NCBI GenBank assembly: GCA_013265495.1
Contig: MU058478.1
Location: 187,816 to 251,815, forward strand
Reading direction: 5' to 3'
Origin: Vicugna vicugna
Taxonomy: Eukaryota
DNA: 64,000 nucleotides
How positions within the stretch are numbered: position 1 is the stretch's first letter; each line of letters starts with the position of its first letter. A program made the position numbers and the translations under genes. Under the pieces are notes generated by a model that did not search any database, had not been told where the DNA came from, and saw only the letters and a program-made list of their open reading frames with translations. Positions 27,900 through 40,159 of this stretch are shown one piece after another.

Positions 27900-28020
27900 T
27901 CTATTTATGCATGCACAAGGTCCTGGGTTCAATCCCCAGTACCTCCTCCAAAAATAAATAAACAAATAAACCTAATTACCTCCCTCCCCCATCAAAAAAA
28001 AAAAGTAAAAAAAGAAAAAG
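27900..28020 (+). mobile_element. Camelid-type SINE, 5'-truncated
   Basis: gcatgcacaaggtcctgggttcaatccccagtacctcc...aaacctaattacctccc plus A-rich tail. Confidence 0.85.
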
Positions 28021-30119
28021 CAGCATATTGTTGAATTATGGTTTCTGTTTCACTCAGCCAGTCTGTGTCTTTTGATTGTAGAATTTAACTGATTTACATT
28101 TAATGTAATTATTGCTAAGCAAGTTCTTATTATTAGCATTTTGTTGATTGTTAATGTTTCATGATCTTTTGTTACTTCCTTCCTCTCCATTGCCATACTT
28201 TGTGATTTGTATTTTGTAGTGATATCCTTTTTAAATTATTTGATCTGTATCTTTTCTGCACCAAATCTAGGTTTTATTCTTTGTGGTTGCTATGAGGCTT
28301 GCATCAAATATCTTATGGATAAAGCAGTCGCTTTTAAGCTGATAACAACTTACTTCCATTGCATACAAAAATTCTGCATCTTTTCTCTGTCACATTTTAA
28401 GCTATTGCCATGACACGTTACAGCTTTCATAGTATGCATCCATTAAGAGATTATTGTAGTTAGTTATTTTAATACCATTTTTGTTTTAGCTTTTATAGTA
28501 GAGATGAAAAATGATTTATGCACCACCATTATAATATTATAGGACTCTGAGTTGACCATATATTTACCTTTACCAGTGAGTTTTATACTTTTTTATGTTT
28601 TCATGTTGTGTCTTTTTATTTCAACTTGAAGAGTTCACTTTAGCATTTCTCTTAAATCAGGTTTAATGGTGGATTGACTCCCTCGGCTTTTGTTTCTCTG
28701 GGAATGTCTTTATGTTTCCTTCATCTCTGAATTCCAGTTTTGCCAGGTTTAATATACATGGTTGACTTTTTATTTTTTTTTCACCACTTTGAGTATGTCA
28801 TCCTAGTCCATCCTGGCCTGCAAGGTTTCTGCTGAAAAATCCTATGATAGACTTACGGGGAGCAGGAAGGCGGGTTTTTCCTAGTATGTGATGAATTATT
28901 TTTCTCTTGCTGCTTTGGAAGTTACTTCTTTGCCTTTGACCTTTAACATGTTGATTATAACATATCTTGGGATAATCTTCTTCAGATTGGGGGTTCTTTG
29001 AACCTCCTGTACTGGGATTTCAACACATCTCCCAAGATTTGGACATTTTCATCTACTATTTCTTTCAATCAAATGTCTTCCTCTCTCTCTCTTCTTTTTC
29101 CTTCTGGAACTCCCATGATGCGTACATTCATACATGCAATGCTGCCCAATAATTCATTCTTTTCCATTCTTTTTCCTTTTTATTCTTTTTCTCCTCCAAT
29201 TGACCAGTTTCAAAATGCTCATTTTTTTTATTTCACTGATTTTTTCCTTCTGTGTGATCAGATCCTCTGTTGAAGCTCTCTATTGATTTTTCCCCCTCTT
29301 CTATGAGTCACTTCTGTGATTCACCGTGATAATCTCCAGGATTTCTGTTTTGTTCTTTTTGTGGTTTCTATTTTTTTATTAAACTCATTTTTTTTAACAT
29401 ATTGTCCTCAGGATTTCATTTTGTTGTCTGTTCTGTGTTCTCTTGCATTTCATTGAGTTGATTTAAGATAATCATTTTGATTTTTTTGTTAGACAATTTG
29501 TAGATCTCTTTTTCTTTGGGGCCGATTATTGTATCTTTAATACTGTAGCTTTATTATCTACCTGATTTTTCAGGATCATGTAGCCTTGTGTTGGTATTGG
29601 TGCATTTTCAGGAGCAAGTAGCTCTGCCAGTCTTTACAGATTGTTTTCGGCAGTTGAAAGGCCTTCTCCTGTTGGTACCCTATACTGATGGGACTACGTC
29701 CAGAATGACACTCATGCTGAATTAGAGGCAGTTCACAAGACCGTGGCTAAGACTATGGTGGGGTTTGTGATGGGTATAAATCCTGTCTTGTCTCTAGGAT
29801 GACTGGGCTGCCTCCAGGCCCTTGTTCAGTAAGGTGATGCTGGAACAAGGGTCTACTTCAAGGTCCACAGTTGGGTCTTCAGTCAGTGGGCTTGTTATGA
29901 AGTGTGAAGACAGGTGTGGGTCATGCCAAGTCCAGTATGTCCCTGGCTCTGTACTGTGGCTGAGAGGGACTGGAAGTGAGTCTCAGGACTGCTTTAGTGT
30001 CCAAATCCAGGATTCAGGTCTGCAGACCTGGCTCTAATGGCCTGTCTTCCCAGCCCAGGTCTACTGGTGGGCTGAACTGCTCCGTAACCATGGCTGGGAG
30101 GTTACTGGGGTCAAGTTAC

Positions 30120-30628
30120 TGTCACCAAGTCCAAACTCATTCTGCTCGCTGCACAACATGCCAATAAATCAGGAGTCAAGGTGTTGGGGCAAGGAAGAGT
30201 GGATTTATTCAGAAAGTTGGCAGACCTAGAAGATGGCAGACTAATGTCCTGGAGAACCTTCCTCTCCAAGTCAGAATTCAGGCCCCTTTTATGCTAAAAA
30301 GGGGAGGGGGTGTGGTTGGTTGTTGCAAACTTCTGGAGGTAGGAATCCTTTGTTCTTGCAGCTGTGCCCCTGGGTCAGGTCACGGTGCCCCTGTAAAACC
30401 ACCAACAAAACAAATGTGATTTTCTATCCTGCAACTTGTTATCTTTATAAGAGTGTGAAAGTGTTACTATCCTTAAAGTTCAGAGCCTTGAGAACAGGTT
30501 CTCCTGAATATTTCAGGCTAAAGGCAACATTCTTTTACAAAAGTTACTAAGAGTAAACCTAGAAAACAGGGCACAGGGTTAAAGCAAAAGGAACAGATCT
30601 CATATGGAGTCAGATTGGTTCTGTTCTG
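30120..30628 (-). mobile_element. ERV1-type solo LTR, family A copy 3 (right terminus clipped by the duplication)
   Basis: Starts tgtcaccaagtccaaact after ttac; ends at the duplication breakpoint. Confidence 0.85.
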
Positions 30629-30729
30629 ACTGCAGACCTGGCTCTAATGGCCTGTCTTCCCAGCCCAGGTCTACTTGTGGGCTGAACTGCTCCGTAACCA
30701 TGGCTGGGAGGTTACTGGGGTCAAGTTAC

Positions 30730-31259
30730 TGTCACCAAGTCCAAACTCGTTCTGCTCGCTGCACAACATGCCAATAAATCAGGAGTCAAGGTGTTGGGGC
30801 AAGGAAGAGTGGATTTATTCAGAAAGTTGGCAGACCTAGAAGATGGCAGACTAATGTCCTGGAGAACCTTCCTCTCCAAGTCAGAATTCAGGCCCCTTTT
30901 ATGCTAAAAAGGGGAGGGGGTGTGGTTGGTTGTTGCAAACTTCTGGGCGTAGGAATCCTTTGTTCTTGGAATCCTTTGTTCTTGCAGCTGTCCAGGTGGG
31001 TCAGGTCACGGTGCCCCTGTAAAACCACCAACAAAACAAATGTGATTTTCTATCCTGCAACTTGTTATCTTTATAAGAGTGTGAAAGTGTTACTATCCTT
31101 AAAGTTCAGAGCCTTGAGAACAGGTTCTTCTGAATATTTCAGGCTAAAGGCAACATTCTTTTACAAAAGTTACTAAGAGTAAACCTAGAAAACAGGGCAC
31201 AGGGTTAAAGCAAAAGGAACAGATCTAATATGGAGTCAGATTTGTTCTGTTCTGTTCCA
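30730..31259 (-). mobile_element. ERV1-type solo LTR, family A copy 4
   Basis: tgtcaccaagtcc...tgttcca with TSD ttac (30726-30729 / 31260-31263). Internal 16-bp duplication ggaatcctttgttctt at 30952-30983. Confidence 0.9.
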
Positions 31260-31744
31260 TTACAAGGACCATATTTTATGGAAAGCTTCTCCCTACCAAT
31301 GTCACACGTATGTTTATATGTATTTATAGCCATCTTTGTCCTGTTTTTCCTCATCAAGTTGCATATAGAGCACAGGTATGGTAGGTACCACGGTACAAGG
31401 TCAGTGTTTTGACAACTACACCAAGGTCATCTTTTCTGGGAACTTTCTACTGTTGAATGTCTGATGTATCTCCACCTTGCTAACACTCCAGTGCTCAAGT
31501 TCTCATATCTTCTTTATCTGATCTCACATCTGGACTCCTGCCATCCTCTGATATGAATTTTCAACTCTCTTTTCAGCTCCTTGATGCTCCCCACCAACAC
31601 TGTAGCTTTCCTCTCAAGCTCCACCTTTCCAGTGTCATCCTATATTGAACACAAATGCTTACTTAATGTGATATGTTGATAAGACCTCCTTCAGCTCCTT
31701 GCTATGAGCATCTCTTCCCATTACTTTGTGTTGTTTTATAGTGG

Positions 31745-31898
31745 GTTTTTTTTTTTTGGTTGGGATAATTAAATTATTTGCTTATTTATCTATGTATTTA
31801 TTTATTCATTCATTCATTTTAATGGCAGTCCTGGGGATTGAACCCAAGACCTCATACTAAGTACACACTCTACGACTGAGCTTATACCCTTCACCCCC
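31745..31898 (-). mobile_element. Camelid-type SINE
   Basis: ctggggattgaacccaagacctc...ctctacgactgagcttataccc with T-rich tail on the left. Confidence 0.85.
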
Positions 31899-32146
31899 CA
31901 AAAATGTTTTTTTAACCTCACTAAAATGTAAGTTCCCCAAGAGCATAGATCTCGGCTGTTTTGTTCATTGTTGAATTTCACATTCTGTCATAGCAGCTTG
32001 TACATGTGAATGCTCAATATTTAAACCAGTAAGATCATATAAATAAATGGCAGGTCATTTTTTTGTCTTCTTTTAGGCGTGTCACACAATTCATCTGGGG
32101 TAAGTTTCTTCCCAAGCTGAAGACGTACCACCTCTATAGGGGTGCA

Positions 32147-32171
32147 TGTGTGTGTGTGTGTGTGTGTGTGT
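32147..32171. repeat. (TG)n microsatellite
   Basis: Read directly. Confidence 0.9.
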
Positions 32172-32391
32172 TTTCTCTCCCGCTATCCATCGTTGAATGA
32201 GCACATAGTGATCTATCCTCACATTCACTCATAGACCAGATTTGTGCATAAGACTTGGCTTAATCTGCGGGTCAGATTCACAACTGGAGAGCATCTTTAT
32301 ATATGCACAGCCTGGCCATCCCCAGCATTAAGATGGCAATTAATGTATTTACTCTTTTTGATTTCCCATATAAAGCTGATTATTTTTTATT

Positions 32392-32392
32392 A

Positions 32393-32424
<32 letters not shown>
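32392..32424. repeat. (ATT)n microsatellite
   Basis: Read directly. Confidence 0.9.
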
Positions 32425-32425
<1 letters not shown>

Positions 32426-33164
32426 TTTACTGTGAAATGACATAGTTCAGAAGAAATATAGTTCTAATCGTCCTCTGCCCAGCCATTTTACTTACAAGAA
32501 TTTTACCTTCCAGTGAATAATATGTTTTTTGACAACTGTTCCTCTATCTGATTTCCAGGCTATTTCTGACATCACTTATCTCTGAAGGGATTTAGAAAGA
32601 AGAGCGTAATGAGGAAATAAGACTCTCAAAAACATTCCTTACTTTAGAGCCCCTGCCTAGATCTCTGGTTACAGTTCACCCCCAGCGTCTTAAGACCATC
32701 CAAGAAGCATGGCGCCTGCTTCACAGGAGGAAGAGGAAGACGGTCAGAGCCTGTTCCCTGGTCTGAAACTTATGGCAAAGAAATCTGAGCTCTGGGTACC
32801 AGTATTGCCCTTCATGCTTATTTTCTGAAGCCTCGTCAGTTTCCATCTTTTGATGAGCATGGATTTCAGTGGCCAATTGGAAGTGACCACAACAGAAGCT
32901 GTTACCTACATATCACGTATCAATTTTTTTTTTTAATGTCATGGTAATCCACACCGTGCTGGCAGAGTCTGGGATGTGACTGTCATCTCTGTAAGCTCAG
33001 GGTTTTTGTTGTATAAAACCTTAAGTCTGAATTATTATGTGCCAGACCTTGTCCCGAGCACTGTACGAACATTAACTCATTTCCTTCTTATGATGATACT
33101 GCTACTGTTTTTGGTTAGAACTTTAGTTTTTAAAAAAAATTTTTTTGATATTCTATGAAGTCTT

Positions 33165-33405
33165 TATTTTATTTTATTTTATTTTATTTTTACATTTTTT
33201 ATTGATTCATAATCATTTTACAGTGTTGTGTCAAATTCCAGTGTTCAGCACAATTTTTCAGTCATTCATGGACATATACACACTCATTGTCACATTTTTT
33301 TCTCTGTGATTTATCATAACATTTTGTGTATATTTCCCTGTGCTATACAGTGTAATCTTGTTTATCTATTCTACAATTTTGAAATATCAGTCTATCCCTT
33401 CTCGC
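33165..33405 (-). mobile_element. Young L1 3' end
   Basis: (TTTTA)n tail, then cataatcattttacagtgttgtgtcaaattccagtgttcagcac; same family as 5178-5450. Confidence 0.85.
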
Positions 33406-35129
33406 CCCTTAATGAAATTTATTCTAGGAAGAGCAACTCATTGAGAGATAGAACCGATTTAAAATTTGCATATAAGTACTGGTCCCTGTTTCTAAGAACA
33501 GTTCAGAGCTTTAGCTTTGTAAACGTACATGGTTATCAAAGGAATAAAGCCGATCACAAAATAAGAGTCAACAGAATGTACTGCTTCTTTCTTTGACCTA
33601 TTTTGTCAGCGCTATTAAGTCTCCAGTGTCTGAGATATTAGCCAATCCATCTAATTCTTTCCCCTCCTGTTTCTCAGCCACGTCTCTGCACGTGGCCAGT
33701 GGCCACGCCCTTCAGTAACTCACCTGACTCCAGCTACATGGCCACTTCCTGTGTGTAATCATACATTTTCAGACAAAGAGTTATAATTGAAAAAAGTATG
33801 GTGAAACTCCTTCTAGAAAATTCTCCACTTTTTTTCCGACTTATCAGATCCTTACAAATCTAAAGCAATAATGCCATCTAAGCCAATTTTTAATGACTCT
33901 AAATTAAATAAAATAATTTCCAAGAGAAAGTTGTCATTGGTTTTTCTTCTTAATTTTGAGGCACACATTGAAATCTACAGTGATGTAACTTATCATTTAA
34001 AAGGAGGCCTCTAAATTCTTCTTAAAAATATAGAGGAAGATAAAATTTCATGTGTGAAAACACAAGAAAAGTCAGTCACTTCAGTTGTACAAATTTATAC
34101 ACACCTCTACAGTCCCTTCCAACTAAAATTATAATTAATTGTGCCGCAGAGTATTGAAGTCAGCATTTGAAATATGAATTTAGATTAAATAAAGAACATG
34201 AAAAACTTAGAAAGTGTTTACATGAAATTATGTTTGCTTTGTAATTCTTGAACCAACTTTTCTTCTAGTGCATTTTCAGGCATGAACTCCTTGGATTCGC
34301 CTATAGTGTATGACAATACTGCTCTCCTATGACTTTTTTCATAGACTATTTCTTTAGAGTAGTTTTAGATGCTCAGAAAATTTGAGAGGAAGGTATAGGC
34401 TTCTGATATACCCCATTCCCCTGCATATTCATAATCTGCCCCGTTATCAACATCCCTCATCAAAGTGGTATGTTTCTGGCAATTGATGGATGTACATTAA
34501 CTCATCATAGTCACCTGAAGTTCATAGTTAGTGAAAACAGGCAGCAATGTTGTTCTTTATAAAATCAAAGTGGTCTAACAGGAACTTTCCAAAAACAGGG
34601 GTTACCTGTATTTGTAAAATGAACTCAAGGGCAGAGAAAGAAGGAACAGACTCAGAGAATAACTTCAAAATTGGAGGAAAAAAAATCTCTTATGTCATAG
34701 GCAGCTCCTTATAAACAGTCATCCATTCTTAGCTCTTCTCATTTGGGGGAATTTAATCACAAACAATTATTTTTTAAACTAGGTTTATACTTTTTTATTT
34801 TCCAAATTGCACAAATTTTAGAATTTCATTGGACCAACACTGAAGCAAAAGCCATTGAAAAGCCGACAGAGGGGAAAATGAAAAGAAGAAATTCTAACAA
34901 AGTTTATGCGATATATTTCTCCTCCTTTAAACATTTCCTAAAGCAAGGTATCCATGGAAATGTGATAAAAAAAACTGTTCCTAAAAATTATTACAATTTG
35001 TTTTGTAAATTTTGAGCTTGTCGACAGCAAGGAAACAGGAAAACTATGCTTTCTTGATCTCTCTCTATATATAAACGTATTACAGGTCATCAAATTTATA
35101 ATGTTTCTCAGTGACTTACACCATTGTAT

Positions 35130-35643
35130 AATTCCCTCCTGTTGAGCAGGTGGGAGTTTGTGAACGCAATGTGATGTTACACTAGTGATTATGTTACATT
35201 TTTTAACAAAGGAGACAAGACTTGGCAGATGTAAGGTGCCTACGCAACTGATTTTTAGTAGACCAACAGGGCATTTATTGGGGTGGGTCTTACCTAATCA
35301 GATGAGTGTTTTAAAAGGGAGCTTAGCCTTTTCCTGCTCTTGGCAGTTCCAAGCAGCAAAGACTCTTTCTTGCTGGCTGAGAAGAAGCCACGCTGATCCC
35401 TAGAACTACAAGGAAATGAATTTGGCCCGCATCCATGTGAGCCTGGAAGAGGAACCTGAGCCTTGGATAAGAACGAGGACTCACCTGCCACCTTTACTGC
35501 AGGCAGTGAGCCAGGGTCTCAGAGGACCAGCAAAGCCATGGCCAGACAGCTGACCCACTGAAAACATAAGGTCATAAATGTGGTTTTTTTCCCCATCTCT
35601 AAGTTTATGGCAACCAGTTACACAGCAATACAAATTTAACACA
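35130..35643 (+). mobile_element. MLT1 (MaLR) LTR
   Basis: gtgattatgttaca...caaggaaatgaatt...gtgagcctggaagagg...taagtttatggcaaccagttacacagcaatacaaatttaacaca is a typical MLT1 3' end. Confidence 0.8.
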
Positions 35644-36179
35644 TACAGATACATAGACCATTTGCTCATTTGTTACAATTTTAAAGCATCCTTATTTACA
35701 TTTCTTCAGAACTGAAATCACGTAACACAAAACTCTTGGCAGATTGAATAAAATACTATACACAGAAGTGGAAATAAATTCGTAATTAATAGCACATACA
35801 TTTGCTCTTAATTAAATGAACCCTCTCTGTCAAGCAAACCGTCTCCTCTCCCAGTGTCATTTGGCAGAAAACATAGCCTTTCTAAAGAGTGGAAATATTC
35901 TTCAATCCCCCTCTGGTCTCTGAAACTCCCACGTATGAATGAGAATATTGGCCACACACCCTGACTCTTAGGGTATTACCAAAGGATTCTGTTGTAACAG
36001 CCACATGTTTACACAGGTATGAGCAATATGTTTGCAAATCCTGGAGTCTGTGAATTGCACATGTGCATTTCGGGCAGCGGGGAGGGAGGTTCCTAGATTG
36101 AATCAGTGGGGTTTCCGCAGGGGCAAATTTAGGGCTCACGCCGCGCACCCCAACACCCAGTGCCCAGCAATTGTCTGGC

Positions 36180-36255
36180 CCAAAATGACGTCATCACATA
36201 CGTGTTGAATCTGTATGTGATTGGCTGAAAGCAAACATTTAACAAATTTGCATCT
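36180..36255. promoter_or_regulatory. Candidate promoter/enhancer (CRE + CCAAT + octamer)
   Basis: tgacgtca 36186-36193, tgattggctg ~36218-36227, atttgcat 36246-36253. Motif evidence only. Confidence 0.35.
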
Positions 36256-37634
36256 GCTCCTTGAATGCCAAGTGTTAGGACTTGTCATGATACAATGTCT
36301 TCCTTCTCTTATTTCTGCAGAACATTCGCTTTATCCAAGTGGTACCTTCAATCATACCTTCTTCTTAATTTTTTTTCTTTTACTTTTCCTTTTTTTTTCT
36401 CCTTCATCATTTATTTTTACAAACCCTTGTGTCGTGAGCTGACCTTCAGTAGATCTCAGTGAGGGAGATGCTCTGCTACATACGAAACCCCAACACACCA
36501 TCTTTGATTGTCTTGTTTTCAATCGCCTGAAGTTCTGAAAGATTCTGGGAAGACGTATGTCTCGTCACTTCCCATACTGTTTGCACTTGAGATTTTTCTG
36601 CCCAGATACTTATTTTTCATTCCAATTTAATCTTCTCACAGTGTACCGCCACGAGGTGTGATAGTAGCGTGTGACGCATTCTTTGCCTCCCATGTGGGAC
36701 AGTGTTCTTTCCAGGAAAGCAATAATCAGAAGCCAATTTGCTGCCAGATAGAACTAATTTTGACTCCTACAGGGTTTGGCAATTAACTGGTTGCTTGTTT
36801 GGAGGCATTTAGTTGAATTAAATTGAATTCCTTTAAGTCTTCATTTCCTTGTCACTAAACTCTCCTCCCAGGTGAGGATGAGAAAGATTTGGTGAAAAAC
36901 ACATTTTTCACTTATGATATAAAATGCGCTGGTCTGGTTGATACTAAGTTTCAAGATGAGTGTCTTATGCTTCTAGCAAAGCAATGACCCTCAATCAATG
37001 AATAAATAGAGACATTTTGAGGCTTAAAATGTTCCATAGGGTCCTCTCTGCTGTCTCCATTTCAATGTTCTCAGAGTCAAGATTTCTTTACCTAACTTGC
37101 ATTCCTCTCTCTGGCCACAGCCTTTCACATTTCAGGATTCTGGTTTTATTGTCCCCTCATCATCTCTGTGACCTAATTTAGGATCCCCGAACTTGCTCCC
37201 TGGCAGGTGTGCAGAGTTCAAGTCCCATGATCACGTACTCCCAGGACAGCTTCGTTTTCTGTGCCCTTTCTGAAACACAGCAGGTGTGCAGTCATTTCAA
37301 TGGCTTCTGGTATCATATTTTCTGTACACACCACCTAGAATCCTCCACTTCTTTCCATTTGAGTATTTCCACTTTTTCCCCTTCTGCGATCGGGCTGTCT
37401 AGCACTGGAAAAAAAGAAAATGTCACCTAAATGAAAAGTAACTTAAGTTGAAGATTGCATTTAATAATCGTAAGCCGGAAATGAATTTGTTTGCTTCCAG
37501 CGGCCTTCTTACTGGATTTTCAATGGTCCAGCTCAGCGCCATGCTTCTCAAGCATCCTTCCCTGTTTTACTTTTATTTTTGTATTTGATAAAAGTCAAAT
37601 GTATGATCTTTGTTTTTCTAAAGACCAGTAGCTC

Positions 37635-38202
37635 CATCCCAATTACTGGGGTCAAGAGGTGCTTCTCTTGTCGCAGGAAGAATTCAGAGACAAGACATGG
37701 AGGGTAAGAAAGCAAAGCAAGGATTTATTAAGACATAGACAGTTTGCTCTCAAGAAAAGAGCAGGCAGACTCAGGTGGGTAGCTGGCTATGTGAGTGTAA
37801 AAATGAATGGGCAGAATATTCACTGGTGGGGAGGGGTTTGGGGTCATCTTTCCTGATCTCCATCCCAGCCCCACTTTCCCAGGCGGGAAGGGGGGATTTT
37901 TCATCCTTATTTTTGTCTTGGTCGGGAAGTTGGATGAGGTCATAATGAACAAAAGGTGATGTTCGGATGGAGGTATCATAAGCAAAAGGCTACATTTGGA
38001 TGGAGGTCATAATGATCGAAAGGTTACATTCAAATGGTGGGGATTCCTGCCCTGTCCCACCCTTCTGCCTCCAGGACATTTGTCAACCCAGAAAGTATGT
38101 TTTTTTTTTTTTTCCAGTGTATCCTGACACACAACCAAAGCCACTGTCCTGTCATGACTGTATCTCTTCTATTATCTGCAGTTCTCCACCACATTTGTTA
38201 CA
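37635..38202 (-). mobile_element. ERV1-type solo LTR, family B copy 1
   Basis: gaagaattcagagacaagacatggag...ggatttattaa...gcagactcaggtg shared with 51627 and 60262. Ends ttgttaca; candidate TSD gctc (37631-37634 / 38203-38206). Confidence 0.8.
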
Positions 38203-40159
38203 GCTCAAGAGAAAACTCCGATCTGTCCTTTAATGGCCAACAAAATACCATCTCTCTCTGAAGTTCCTCCTGACATTCACAGTCATATCTGAACATCCTT
38301 TTGTGTTCCACTATGATGCTCTTCATTTCTCCACTATTACATTTAATCTACTTACCCATATATGATAAATTATAAAAATACACATAAATATAAAATATGA
38401 TTGGATACTGAGAGTCACGCCTTAAGCCTGAGATGGTATTCCTTCCAGATTGACTGCCATCAAGTCTTCCTCAAAAAGCAATTAATGTCTAAATGAATGG
38501 CTTTCAAACTCTACCAGCCTGTCGGCACCTTGCTCAAGTGCTCATAAATGCACCCTGGAGGGAACTGAGCACATTCAATTTGCTTTAAACAACCATGTTT
38601 CTATGTAAGAATTTGAAATTGAGACCATTAGCGTAATACTTTTCTACCTATCTGATGGATAATTGAGTGGACATGTTGTTATGGGTAAAAAGCCCTCATT
38701 TGGAACACCTAGCTAGGACAGGTCACTGCTGTGACAAGTCAAAAGCTACCTGTGACCTGATTTGAGGTTAGAGCCACCTGCAATAGAGGTCACCCCTAAG
38801 GGGATTTATTATGCAAAGGGTCCTACTCGATTTTTGATGTGAGGTTTTAACCTTCACTTTCCCCTACTTCTTGTCCTGCTTACATCTCAATAGGTTTATT
38901 AAAAAAAAAATCTGAGAGCTCTTCCTTCTGTGCCAGTGGGAAGTTCAGAACCGCAAGGACCCTGAAGGCACACAGGAATTCTCATCTATGTTCTTTTAAA
39001 ACAAAATAGATTTTCTCACATTCAAAAACCAACCAACCAAACAAAAAACAGGAAGGGTCAGAGAGATTTTAAAAACGTCTCCTTCATGACTAATAACCAG
39101 TGAAGGAAAAATGTATTTCTAACCTTTTATGATTCCAAGATTATAATTATCCTGATAGACAATGTTCACAGTGCCTTTCCGAGCCCAAGGATGGGGAAGG
39201 GTCCCCTCCTACCTGACGTATGAGATGCATCACGTGGCCAGAACGAGAGGATACTCAGGTGCAATTTTACCTGCGGATCACAGCCTGGCAGACACAAAAA
39301 TATAAAACGTGATTCTTCATCTGTCCTTCCCTGCATGTCTCTTAGCTCCTGATCTAGTGAATCCCTTAAATTGCTATCTTAAGGGACACATATTTAAGAG
39401 AAAAAAATTGTACCATCAAAATGCATTTCCTTTTGGAAGAGATAAAATTATCATTTAATTCCTTGACCTGGAGCTACACAAAAGGGAAGTTGACTTGTAC
39501 CAAACCACTGACACATCATTGCTTTCCAAGGTGGGGTACAATAAGATACGAGAAAGAGTTACTCTGACATTTAGAAATAATAAAAATGCGGTGAATCATC
39601 TGTAACCATAATAAAGTGAAGTGTGTGTGTCTCTGTGTGTGTGTGAGGTTGTTGCCAACGCGAAACAAAAGCAAAGGAATGCTAAATGCAAATGATAACC
39701 ATGAAAAAATAAAGATTTCTTTTCCTTTTTGTTTTTGGTCTGTCTTTTTAAAAGTTGTCAATCCCTTTTTCCTCACAAAGAAATAATAAGGACCTTTCAA
39801 TTTCCGAGACACTTTTTCTCTAAATTTTACTTTAACGAGAAATTCTAGTAATTACTGACCAGTCATGCAGTGTGTACAAATGACCTGACTGAACTTTGGT
39901 CCTCAGATGCGTCTTGTTTATTGGAATTTATTTTGCATGATTTGAATATCACCACCTTCCTCTACAAACATCTGAGAATCTGGGATCTGTTTTGGTAAAT
40001 TTCATGAGTGACTTTAGTATTTTGTTCTGTATACGATTTTGTAGAGACAGGCTATTTTAACGCATATGAATTTAGATAAAACTAAAATGATTAGTAATTG
40101 CCAATTTGAATGCAAATATTTTGCCTAAATCATTACAGTATTCAAAACAAGGGGACCTT

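Larger units (their letters stand above)
25660..30119 (-). mobile_element. Large internally deleted L1 (3'UTR, ORF2, ORF1 and 5' region remnants)
   Basis: Minus ORF 26119-26334 contains [16 protein letters not shown]; minus ORF 27747-27965 contains RDKESHYMVMKESVQQE (endonuclease region). Nested younger insertions. Confidence 0.8.
30020..31259. repeat. Tandem duplication, period 610 bp (100 bp flank + family A LTR)
   Basis: ctgcagacctggctctaatgg starts at both 30020 and 30630; the two units are nearly identical. Confidence 0.95.

Noticed and set aside
30120..31259. Two LTRs flanking a short internal region as a mini-provirus or TRIM
   Set aside because: The spacer is a copy of the upstream host flank including the left TSD, with no visible PBS or PPT; it is a tandem duplication.
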